Of a stretch of DNA of 64,000 nt, positions 11,063 through 21,520 are shown piece by piece. Every line of letters begins with the position of its first letter. Within the stretch, counting starts at the first letter, position 1. Below the pieces are notes generated by a model that ran no database searches, was not told where the DNA came from, and saw only the letters and a program-made list of their open reading frames with translations. Source of the stretch: Nemertoderma westbladi (Eukaryota > Animalia > Xenacoelomorpha); the NCBI GenBank assembly GCA_032718475.1, contig JAUCBJ010008744.1, positions 62,001 to 126,000 of the forward strand, in the 5' to 3' direction. The position numbers and the translations under genes are program-made.

Positions 11063-13723
11063 ATTGTAATGGTACATATATGGACTTCTTGACTACTGGT
11101 CATCCTATCGATTTACACGATACGGACAATGTGGATACCGAAAGGGAGATGATTTTATTTAAATATCACGCGCAGGGGAGTCGGAATGACAAACTGCGAA
11201 TCAAACATGAAAATTCTATTCGAAACCAACTCAAAAGAGAAGATGTTGAAGAACCGGACAAGCGTACTAACTTTTACAAATATTTAGAGTTCCTGAGAGA
11301 AACTTATCTCAATGTAGCTAGTCAACAAAATCTAGAAACTCGATATCTGCAAGGTATACATCCTAATCCTATGATGGAACTTAAACGATTGTATTTTACT
11401 ATGATGTATCTTACCGCTAATCGACCCCTACCTATTGTACTGGATAGCTTCGCACAGATGGAGGAATATTGTAAAACGGGAGAAAGGTCGCCAGCGTTTC
11501 CTTTACAAGACGAGCATCTTTGGTATTACCTTGATGAATGCCCTAGACCCAATCAACAATCGGAATGCTAAAAACACCCGCGGAGACGTTGCGCTAAACA
11601 TAGTTTCACTCGCTATACTTACGGGAGTTTTGAGAGAAACCTGTTCGACGTGCCATACACGCTCGCTTGACTCAAATGATCCTTATGTAAACCTATGATC
11701 AGAGTTCCGGAATACTCAGTCAGACCTCCTTATTCCCCGGTGCGACTGCAGACTCTCGACCCTAACAGTATGACAGATCCTCCTGAGTTGTACTCGTTGT
11801 TCAAAGACCTGGTGCTACCCAAACAATTAGTCAGTGGCACTCCAGTTGTGGGTTCCTTGGATATTCGCCCACCCTACCTAGCCAGATTAGGACGCGGACA
11901 TCTAATATGTCTGTTCAACCCGTATAATCATCCCAGTTTGACTCTGATACAACCTGTCACCTAGGTGGAGGAAAGTGTCATACGGAACGCACTGGACGCA
12001 ATTTGGCAAAAGATCAGAAAAGGAACCTAAGATTGTTTAGACAAACGTAGATTACATCAACAAGTCCAAGCGGTAAAATAATTAGCTTTACCTCAGTTCG
12101 ATCGCGAAATCGAGAATCTGGAGGGAGATATTGAATGTGGACGTACATCTTCGTTACAAGAGTTCTTAAGCGAACGTGTTCAAAGAAGAATCAGCTAGAG
12201 GAAAAACATATCTAACACCAAGGGTCCATAGTGTGAATAGTTTTCCCCGGGGTGCGGGTGCTCGCAGGCTGTCTCCTTCGGGAGGCTGTAACTTCCTCTT
12301 ACCTCATCCTCTTCCTGCAATCGTTGTGATCAGTGTCACAATAAAAGCGTAGGAATGAGTAATGATGCGAAAGGAAGCACGTCCATTGTGGTATCTTATA
12401 GATACTACCTCTCCATATCCTTCCTCCGTCCTACCCTCCTCTTCCTCTACCCAATGCAATCGAGGATACAAAATGTTGACAGAGAAACCCTCTTCCTCCC
12501 ATCTTCTCTACCCAGTGCACTTAGCTGTATCGTGGTACTAACATACCATCCATCATGAAACCTCCCCATCCCCTTACTGTTTATCTGGATGTTTATATTG
12601 GTGTCCATATCTCCTGTCCATGTATCACCATGTTGATATTTACAATATCAGCCTCTGTCTCTCTTTATGTTAGTTGGATAATCAACTAACAACAACTTCC
12701 TCCTAATCACAGCCATTGCTACAAGGACTGAAAGGACGGAATAAACTTTGGTGAACAACTGGGGTACCATTGTGTGTCATAAATCTGGTTGTTCATGTTC
12801 ACACCCCTTAGTGCTTGGGACTAAACTCGCTAAACTAGATGAACACAATAAATTAATCCGATTCGAATGCTTTAGGCGCTTTCTAACTCCGTTCCGTAAC
12901 GTTGATAGTCAGACATATATATTTATTCATAACAATATTATTTGCAGGAATAATCTCGGTAGTACTTGTGCTTAGGATTTGAAATAAGCCTTGCACATTA
13001 ATTAGGTGCCTGTGATTTATTGCGACTTGCAACTTAATTTCATCCCAAGGCAATTTACATCCTGCCCCACAACGACATACCATTCTAGACAATTTGTCGC
13101 TGAGTGCTTCAACCCAGCCATATACTTACTATAAATCACGAGACTAAATTCCTTTGTTTGACCTACTCAGTCGCGACATACAAATTCCCCTACCATTATT
13201 AGTGCTGTTTACTTCCATTGAGTGTTGAGACGTAATACACCCCCACGGCCAACAACATACAATAGCGTGGCTCAACATTTCCCATACCTATTGACTTTGT
13301 GTGGCCTAATTGCTGGTCTAGTTCGTGGAATTCATAGTGTCGGCTCCTTCCTATTGAATGGTAGTCCATAGCAACATTCTTTGAATAGCATCACTGAATT
13401 GACAGTAACAGACGGCATTTACTCGGATTACAGTAGACAGCGACTACTAGCGGTGAAACAAGAATTGTAAAAGCACTTTAATGATACTTGTTACTCCCGT
13501 TCTCTTTGAAAGGCGTTTCTTAATTTATTTGAGATAAAGCCACCCAGCAGGAGCAAAGAGTATTACATTCTTAATAATAGCCAAATTATTAATTTCTCTA
13601 GATGGCGCAAATAGAATAACTTCTTTGGTGATTAATTATTTATTTTGCAGAATAAATACTTGGTTAATAGGCCTTTATAGTTACAACATACTATTTGTGC
13701 ATAGATTACATTAACTTCACATC

Positions 13724-15596
13724 ATGTCTGAGTCAGACATTGACACTGAACCATTTATTCCCCACCCACCGGTCACAGCTGCCCCTCATACTAACATTCC
13801 CCCTTCCGTTGACCAGGTTGCGCCACCTGCCCCCAACAAGAAATCTTGGGACAGGTCCCGCATCAGAACTAGACAATTTACCGGAGGGATTGTAGATAAC
13901 ATAAATGTAGAACCACCCATCGCTAGTGTTGTACAAACTGGAGTGAGCTTACCATCACTACTAGTAATGAACACATCCCCCATTATGTTCGCCCCCTCAC
14001 CCAACAGCAATGAGGAATTACACCCCCCGATCGATAACACTCTTTCCCAGAACATTGCAGATGAAACAATTCCTGTTCACCCGCAAGCCAGAGTAACTTA
14101 CTTGCTGGAGGAAATTGACAGTTACCGGGAAAGGGTGGCAACCAGAACTGTAGCTTCTGAACAGGAGGTTTATGGGGAAAAATTACATCACTTAATAAAT
14201 ATACATTATGACCACCTGGAACTTTGTAAGTTCTTCGAGTTCAATGATATGGCATAGGCAGATCTATACAAACTAAAGGTTCCCCTGGTTCCTTGCAGCA
14301 TGGAAGAGCTGTCCGTGTTAGTTTATGACCATGTAGCTGACTTCAATCGGCATATAGGAACCCTCACACATGAGTTACATACTGTGCAGCCTGACCCCAG
14401 AACTAACCCAGCTGCATATTTTAAGGTTAAGGAACTAGTCTGTAGAACCCGGCTAGTTTTATCCGCCTTCTGGGGAGTATCTAGTAGACATCACAATGCG
14501 GAGCTCGCTGCCATAGTCTCCAGACAGTTAGCGGAAGTGGCGGTATTAGCCTGGAAGTCACTCGCCCTTGAAAGGCTACATGGGCTGACCATTCCCCCAG
14601 GTGTGGACATAGCCTGTTCCGGTACCGTAGCACCAAGCAACCTGTGCACTGACTCAGAGAATTCCAGAGAAGGTGAGGACATGGATGCAATATCACGGCA
14701 CCTACAGCCTTACATAGCTGTGGTAGGAGAGTCTGAACTGCGTAGGAGGTTAAAGGGTTTGGCCCCCTCCAGCCCTGAATCAATGGCAGTTCAGGATGAG
14801 ATGGACGCTGAGCGTGACATACGGGAACAAGTGTAGGAGCATGCGGCTGATAAGGAAATCTTAGAAATAGAGTTGCAGCTAAACGCAAACCAGATACGTA
14901 CTAAAGCCGAACAGTGGGAAAACGAGCGCATGGAAGCTGATATAGCCTTACGAAACAGATTAGCACTAAAATGACTAAAACTCCACCGATGCTAGTGAAA
15001 GTAGTAGCCACTCTCAGAGCAGACGAAAGAGAGCTGTTAGAGTGGCATAGCCAGACCTGCCTCCATATAATAGGGACAGAATACTCCCAAAGCAGATGGA
15101 TTTAGATCATCCGAGACCACTGGATTCATGGCCCCCCCTGGGCAGGTTACAGGAGGAAGATGAGCCGAAAGATCCTGGGTTCGAGATCTATAGAGATTTG
15201 TGGGAACGGGAACCACCTCAGTTGGTTGCAGTCCCATTGCGCGATACATCAGCCAAGCCGATCGATCCAGTAGTAGTTCCATACCCAACCATGACAGCAA
15301 CCCCCTTCCGCAATAGAGATGTTGTACCACCACTAGGGGCACCAATTGTAACTAAAGAAATACCCAATGAAGTCCCAAACTCCCATAATATCTCTCATAC
15401 AGCTTGTCTAGAACACCCCAGACCTAACTACCTGTCTAGCACCTTTGCCATGACAAAGGACGATAGAATGTCATTTGGCACTGGAATATCCCCAATCACC
15501 GGCTTGGTAGAAAATTTCAAGGTATCATATACGTTATCCCATGGTAATGAAGACCACCAACTCTTTAATCATGTCATTAATACGACAATAGTATAA
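13724..15596 (+). pseudogene. Orphan ORF C, broken by stops and frameshifts: Pro-rich N-terminus, helical/coiled-coil middle
   Basis: ORFs 13724-14257 and 14300-14836 share a frame across one stop and continue (EHAADKEILEIELQLNANQIRTKAEQWENERMEAD). ORF 15096-15596 follows. AT-rich flanks with AATAAA downstream. No family recognised. Confidence 0.5.
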
Positions 15597-16333
15597 ACAC
15601 CGATACTATACACACAATCACCATAACTAAGTAAATAAATTAAATAATACAACCAACAAAGATGTAATAATATCACAGTAGACCCAGATCTGTGTGAATG
15701 AGCAATACCCTATTCTACCGCTATATTTTCCGAATGTTGATCCTCAATAAATCAATAACTAATTTAAAACATTGGGATGCTGGTGTGTCACTCGCGCAAC
15801 CCTTTTTAACAAAGTTCTAGAGTTTTATCGTATATTATTCCTAAATTTAATACCTTTAAATTTATTTAATGAGTATCCATGGAAAAAAATATCACCATTC
15901 GGAAAATAGTAAGTTTGTAATGAACATTAGTGCGTGTTGTGGCATTGGGTGTGTTAGTTTGCATGATAGCACGAATAACAGCTATTCTCCATGTGTTTAC
16001 TGTAGCAAACCGAAACCCTATTGCAGACTCATTTCAGTTGCACTACAATAGTCGATATACCCCGACGAATAGCCCTCGGAGAGACCAGCCTTGAGCTTTT
16101 CCTGCGCGTTAGCCGCTTCGTCTTCCACCCGTTCTTCCACACCTGTTGGATAGGGAATAGGCGTAGCGGGGCTAATGTGGCCAGGGGCAGGTCGGGTCCA
16201 TGTCGGGCTGGGGATAAAGGGCGGCTTGCCACTGCCAACCCTATATATAAACTCAAATAACTATAATAATTATCGACTCATTGGTTCACTTCTACTGCAT
16301 TATTAATATATTTGCTTATTTACAATAACAATA

Positions 16334-19300
16334 ATGGATACTTCTAAAGACGATTCAATGGACAATATCAATACGCAGCGACAACAACTTTCAGAGGAAT
16401 ATTGCTGAAGTATGAGAGAGATGATGGAGGACCTGTTGACACCCGGAGCACTACAACAGCATACGGAGCCACTAATGTCCCCCGTAGAGATATCAGAACG
16501 ACTTCACTATCGCGCCTTCATGAACAGATACACCAATATTGATGGATCATACAAACCATTCATTATATCCAGACATCCAAGCGACCTCATATACTCCGAA
16601 GACGTTCATGAGCGATAAGATATGGAAATGTGGAGCTATCATGTACGAAGACAATGAGAGAATACCGCCCAGATGTATAAGGAAGCCGCGATTCGGGATG
16701 CCATGTCAGCGAACGAAGCGGAAGCTAGCGACAACACGGCTAGATTTAAGGATTTAATTACCTTCCTCAGGGAAACGTATTTGAATGTGGCGGCAGCCCA
16801 AACCCAGCAAACTCATTACCCCAAAGGCATCCACCCCGATCCAATAGCTTAACTCAAGCGTTTGTACCATACAATGACTTAACCGCAGCTAGACCTTTAC
16901 CCGTGTTGCCGGATCGTTTCGACGCTATGGAGGAGTATTGCAAAACTGGTTCCCGATCTCCACATGTAAGTCGCCAGGATTTTAAATTATGATATTACTG
17001 TGACGACTGCCCATACCCTAACCAACAAGTAAACCATGATGACCATGCACGATGAGGCCGACCGGTTAATCACCCCCGTGAATGTTGCCCTAAACACAGT
17101 TATACGCGTTTCACGTATGGAGGATACGAGCGCGATTTATTTGGCGTGGATGAGTGAGCCTTAAAGAAATTACGTAAAATGGAGCGTTTACCCATTGACT
17201 TCCTACGATTTTCAGTGTGACCCCTGGCTCCTAAAGTTTAACCGTCTCCAGTCCTTCCCCAGGATTTTGGCCCTTTAGATGGTGTAAAAGCTTTTGCGGA
17301 ATTAGCCGGTTATTTTCCCCGTAAAGTACTCTGTAGTTGGTTTAACAGGCATAAAAAGCCGTATCCTTACTGTACTGGTGTTTTAGGGGACATAAAAAGC
17401 CACTTCTTCTGTATGTGTACTTTAGCGGACATAGTTAGCAATTCTATGACGCAATGCGCTAGATCCTCTTGAAACAGTGTAGTTACTATGACGACAGCCT
17501 AACAGCTGAGCTGTACACATGTAGCTTTTCCTTGTTCTCTGGTGTTTCTTTGTTCGGTCAACCAATCAGAGCGATTCTCCTGCTTTTTGTACAGAAACCT
17601 CCGAGAAATCGCACAATGCATTATGGGTCAATGTTTACATTTTGTCCTGAGCCCAGAAGACCGGCTTCGGAATCTCTGTGTTTTCAGTCTTTAGCCCAAC
17701 ATTAGTAGGCTTAATTATAGAACGTATATCTGTTATCTCACATATCATATCAATTCATAACATATCATAACCATTCATACCTTAACATTTGTACTGCTAT
17801 TTACTGTCGGTTGTTCATTATATCAGTTGATGGAATATTGTTATATTTGGATAATATCAATCAATAATCAGACACCCCAATCTTCTTGATATACTGAAGG
17901 TTAGAGAGACCGGTTACATATAACGATTGCGACTTACATTAAAGTGGTTTTGAAGTGAATCTAATGCTATTTCATAGGCACTACATGTATTGGTTGTTGT
18001 TCTCTTTATATGTGACTAAAATTAGTGAAGGTCGGCAGATCTGTGTGCAGCATTGTGCAGTATTGTGTATGATTGTGACTGATAACAAAGCATCTCCTAA
18101 AGAATGCGCCATATACGTGAATCCATAGCCATCCCGTTGTGTCTAGTTTAAGTCATAACTCTGTTTACATATTTAGAGCGCCACGTCCTAAAGGAACTGT
18201 TAATATTTCCCGAAAGTGAATAATATTTGTCAGAGATTATATATATTACGATCAGTCGAATAATACAGTAGGCCTACACCGCAATAAGATTAAGCTTCCG
18301 AATCCAGTCTCCCGGGTATATCCAACGGGTGAAAGGACGCGCATAGACTGGCTTCGGCTAATGTAGTGTATCAAATACTCGTCATAGGCTAAAGTCGATT
18401 TATTATCTAGAAGACATCCCAATTTGGCAGGTTAAACTGCTAAAGGTCTGAAAGCGCGTACAGATGGGGATTACTCAGAATACCGAGACATGATTCTACC
18501 GGAACAGCTGATCCCTCAAGAGGAACCCCCTTAGTTCCACCTGGACTCGGAAGAGGAGTTGGTACATCCCGAGCCGTGACGCCAGGTGAACAGTTGTAAT
18601 AACCCCCCCCCCCCCCCCCCCCCGTGATGAAACCACTCAGTTGATAATGTCATCTAGTATCCATGCGCGCCTATCCACGACTCCATCCGGTACCTTGTTA
18701 ACAGAACTCGCTTTGTTGGAGGCCATGGACAACACTGCGCTCCAACCAGAAATTATTACATTGAGAGCTCGTATCACTGAAGGAGACCTATAATCCTTCT
18801 CAGATTTCCTTTCCAATTTCCAAGCTGAGGCTAGAGACAAAGAATGGCGTGAGGAAGAAGCAATAGCGCTGGAGGATGCCGACCTCACCGTCTACCGCCA
18901 ACCTTATGTCCAATCGTTGATGGAAGGTTTTCAACCTAAACGTTACGTTCATCCTTCCATGCAGCACAAGGTCTTCGGCACCAAGCAACCGTGCATCTTC
19001 GGTGAGCCCGCTGAAACCACTTGTGCTATCACCGATGTCCCGATGTTAAAGACGCCTACCTTGGAACCATTACATGTAGATGGTGAATTAGTTCCCCCTT
19101 CTCGCACTCGAGCCGACGTAATTCGGGAAAACGTCCATGGAATAAATGTAGCGTGTCGACCTTTACATTATCCCTTCTACGGAATTAAAGACCATTCTCG
19201 GTTTGTGATGCTTAAACAACACTACATCATACAACCAGAACACCCTGGATGGGATATGCAATTCTTACCATTGGTGAACCCGTTGGACCTCGTAGAACTG

Positions 19301-20600
19301 GAGGCTTTGCATCAACATTTGGATTATTTGGTGAAATTAAACTCATTTAAAAAACCTTATAACATAGTAACAATAGAAGCCAATTCACGTCCACCCTTTA
19401 ACTTGGAGACATTTATGGATTGCCGCCGCCTCGTACACTGGAACTTAGATGTAACCTTCCTGGAGGATGATTTGAAATATATCGAACCAAATCTAAATAC
19501 TAATGAGATGCCTAGCTATGAATCCATAAGAATCCATATGAATCCATAGCTACGGCAATATGATTTATGACAATGAAGGCTCAGTGCCAGATCATGAGCT
19601 CGGTTCAACTCGGTTGATTCATATCCGCGGCCTCACTGGAGCCACACACGTTTTTACGTGTACTTGTCACAGTACCAACAGCATTTTCCCAACCTTGAAC
19701 GCCTATCAACGCCGTGCAAGACATCAACAGTTTGTTAAAGCGGAGGCTTACATCAACGACACGAATCGACGCCCAGCCATTAGACGCCGCTTTATTACCA
19801 CAACCCGTATTCGACATTTTCTTAGACGAATCCATTTATAAACTCGGTTTAGCCATATATCGGCTTTAATCGACTGGTATCGCGGGACCGAGTGGCTCAC
19901 GGTACGAGGTTTCCGTTAAAATCTCGCAAACATGTCCGTTGTGCGCATTGCTGTCTTCGCACACACAAGGCTCCCACCCAACCTGGAGGTCTTTGTGAGC
20001 ACTTCACTGATAGTCACATCAAACTCTATTGTCCCTACTGTCGCATTAATGACGACCACATCTTCTTCTCCTGTCTAGCCTTTGCCACCCAGTGCGAGCC
20101 TTGCCAATTCAAGGGACACAGTATTCCAAACTGCCCCTTTGGTCCCGACATCGAGGTAGAAGAGGAAACAAATGTCACATGATACATTCGATCATGGGAA
20201 GGATGCGCAGATCTCAACGCAATCACCATGTCCCGATACGCAGCAGCAAAAGCTCACCTCGGAGTATACGCGGTCGCCCCCTTCACCTGCGCAACAGATG
20301 TTCGGCGTGCTTGGCTACCAAGTTACGAGCTCCTCAACCGTGTAGCTTCCTGCACAAACACCCGCTTCGTCTGACTCTTCCTTTGCGAGATACACCCAGA
20401 GCGTGCGACGTCCTACGATATAATAAAGTTTATTAGTGACTCTACATTCTATGTTCCACAGTTCCTGGAAGGATATCCCAAGCTGCTCCCACAGCATCGA
20501 GTTTTCAGTGAACACGCTCAATGTGAAGGACCAGTTCTCCACGCTGTGCCTCCATTGGTCCATGGTCCTCCATCCTTCATTGGCAACCAGCCCCCGTTTG
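16334..20600 (+). pseudogene. Orphan ORF copy B (roughly 1000 codons once the solo LTR is removed), with Cys/His zinc-knuckle motifs toward the 3' end
   Basis: Shares FLRETYLNVA, GIHP, LKRLY.TM, MEEYCKTG.RSP, CP.PNQQ and HPR..C.KHS.TR.TYG..ER.LF with copy A. Reads through the LTR site (PLDG-DYSEYRDMILPEQLI). 19892-20182 has CEPCQFKGHSIPNC (CX2CX4HX4C) and CPYCRINDDHIFFSC. Joining the 3' pieces into one gene is inferred. Confidence 0.7.
17283..18462 (+). mobile_element. Solo LTR (1180 bp, TG...CA) with 5-bp TSD GATGG
   Basis: Starts TGTAAAAGC and ends AAAGCGCGTACA. GATGG at 17278-17282 and 18463-18467. Homologous in blocks to the reverse complement of 21879-22995. The strand label is relative only. 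Confidence 0.88.
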
Positions 20601-21515
20601 TGTCCCAGAGTAGTGTTCACACTAGTAATATGAATGCTGCAATGCTAGCATGTCCCCAGAAAAGTGTTCATATTAATATGGTCACAGAGTAAAGAGTAGT
20701 GTTCACATGTTCACACTAGCATGGTCCCAGAACACAGTTCACACTAACATGGCCCCTGAGTAGTATTCACACTAGTAATATGATGCAATGCTAGCATGTC
20801 CCCAGAAAAGTGTTCACAGTAACATGGTCCCAGAGCAGTGTCCACACTATCATGGTCCCAGAACACTGTTCACACTAACATGGCGCCTGAGTAGTCTTCA
20901 CACTAGTAATATGATGCAATGCTAGCATGTCCCCAGAAAAGTGTTCACACTAACATGGTCCCAGAGAAGTGTTCACACTAACATGATCTGATCCCATAGC
21001 AGTGTTCACACTAACATGATCTAATGTTAGTGATCACACTAACATGGCCCCAAAAAAGTGTTCACATTAACATGATCCCAGTGTAAAGAGTAGTGTTCAG
21101 ACTAACATGTCCAATAGTAATGTCCACACTAAAATGGTCTCAGAACTTTGTTCACACTAACATGCTCCAATATCAGTATTCACATTGACAATGTCAAAGA
21201 GCGCAGTGTTCACACTAAAATGGTCCCGGAGTTGTGTTCACAGTAACAAGGTCCCGGAACACTGTTCACACTAATATTGCCCCAGAGCGCAGTGTTCAAA
21301 ATAGCATTTCCATGGAGTAATGTTCACACTAACATGGTCCAAAAGCAGTATTCACACTGACATTGTCCCATAGCGCAGTGTTCACACTAAAATGGAACCG
21401 GAGTAGTTTTCAAACTGACATTGTCCCATAGCGCAGTGTTCACACTAAAATGGTACCGAAGTAGTTTTCACACTAGAATGGTCTCAGAACATTGTTCACA
21501 CTTACATGGTTCAAT
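20601..21515. repeat. Degenerate ~28-33-bp minisatellite, right part (same family as 5512-5905)
   Basis: Same TTCACACTAACATGG core. It also shares the longer variant ...TAATATGATGCAATGCTAGCATGTCCCCAGAAAAG with the left array, in the same orientation. Confidence 0.9.
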
Positions 21516-21520
21516 AACAG

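Larger units (their letters stand above)
6898..12198 (+). pseudogene. Orphan ORF copy A, interrupted by the RTE-like LINE; reads through when 7094-11068 is removed
   Basis: Joining at the duplicated ATTGTA gives ...RKFTARYTHC-NGTYMDFLTTGHPIDL in frame. It continues past several stops (HPRRRCAKHSFTRYTYGSFERNLFDV; YSLFKDLVLPKQLV). It is colinear with copy B at 16334+. Confidence 0.75.

Noticed and set aside
11002-11068. N-terminus of listed ORF 11002-11571
   Set aside because: It is antisense RTE-like sequence. The real upstream part of this ORF is at 6898-7093.
5895-20610. TSD or terminal repeats delimiting the orphan cassette
   Set aside because: I compared both junctions with the minisatellite and found no convincing duplication or inverted ends, so the insertion mechanism is not claimed.
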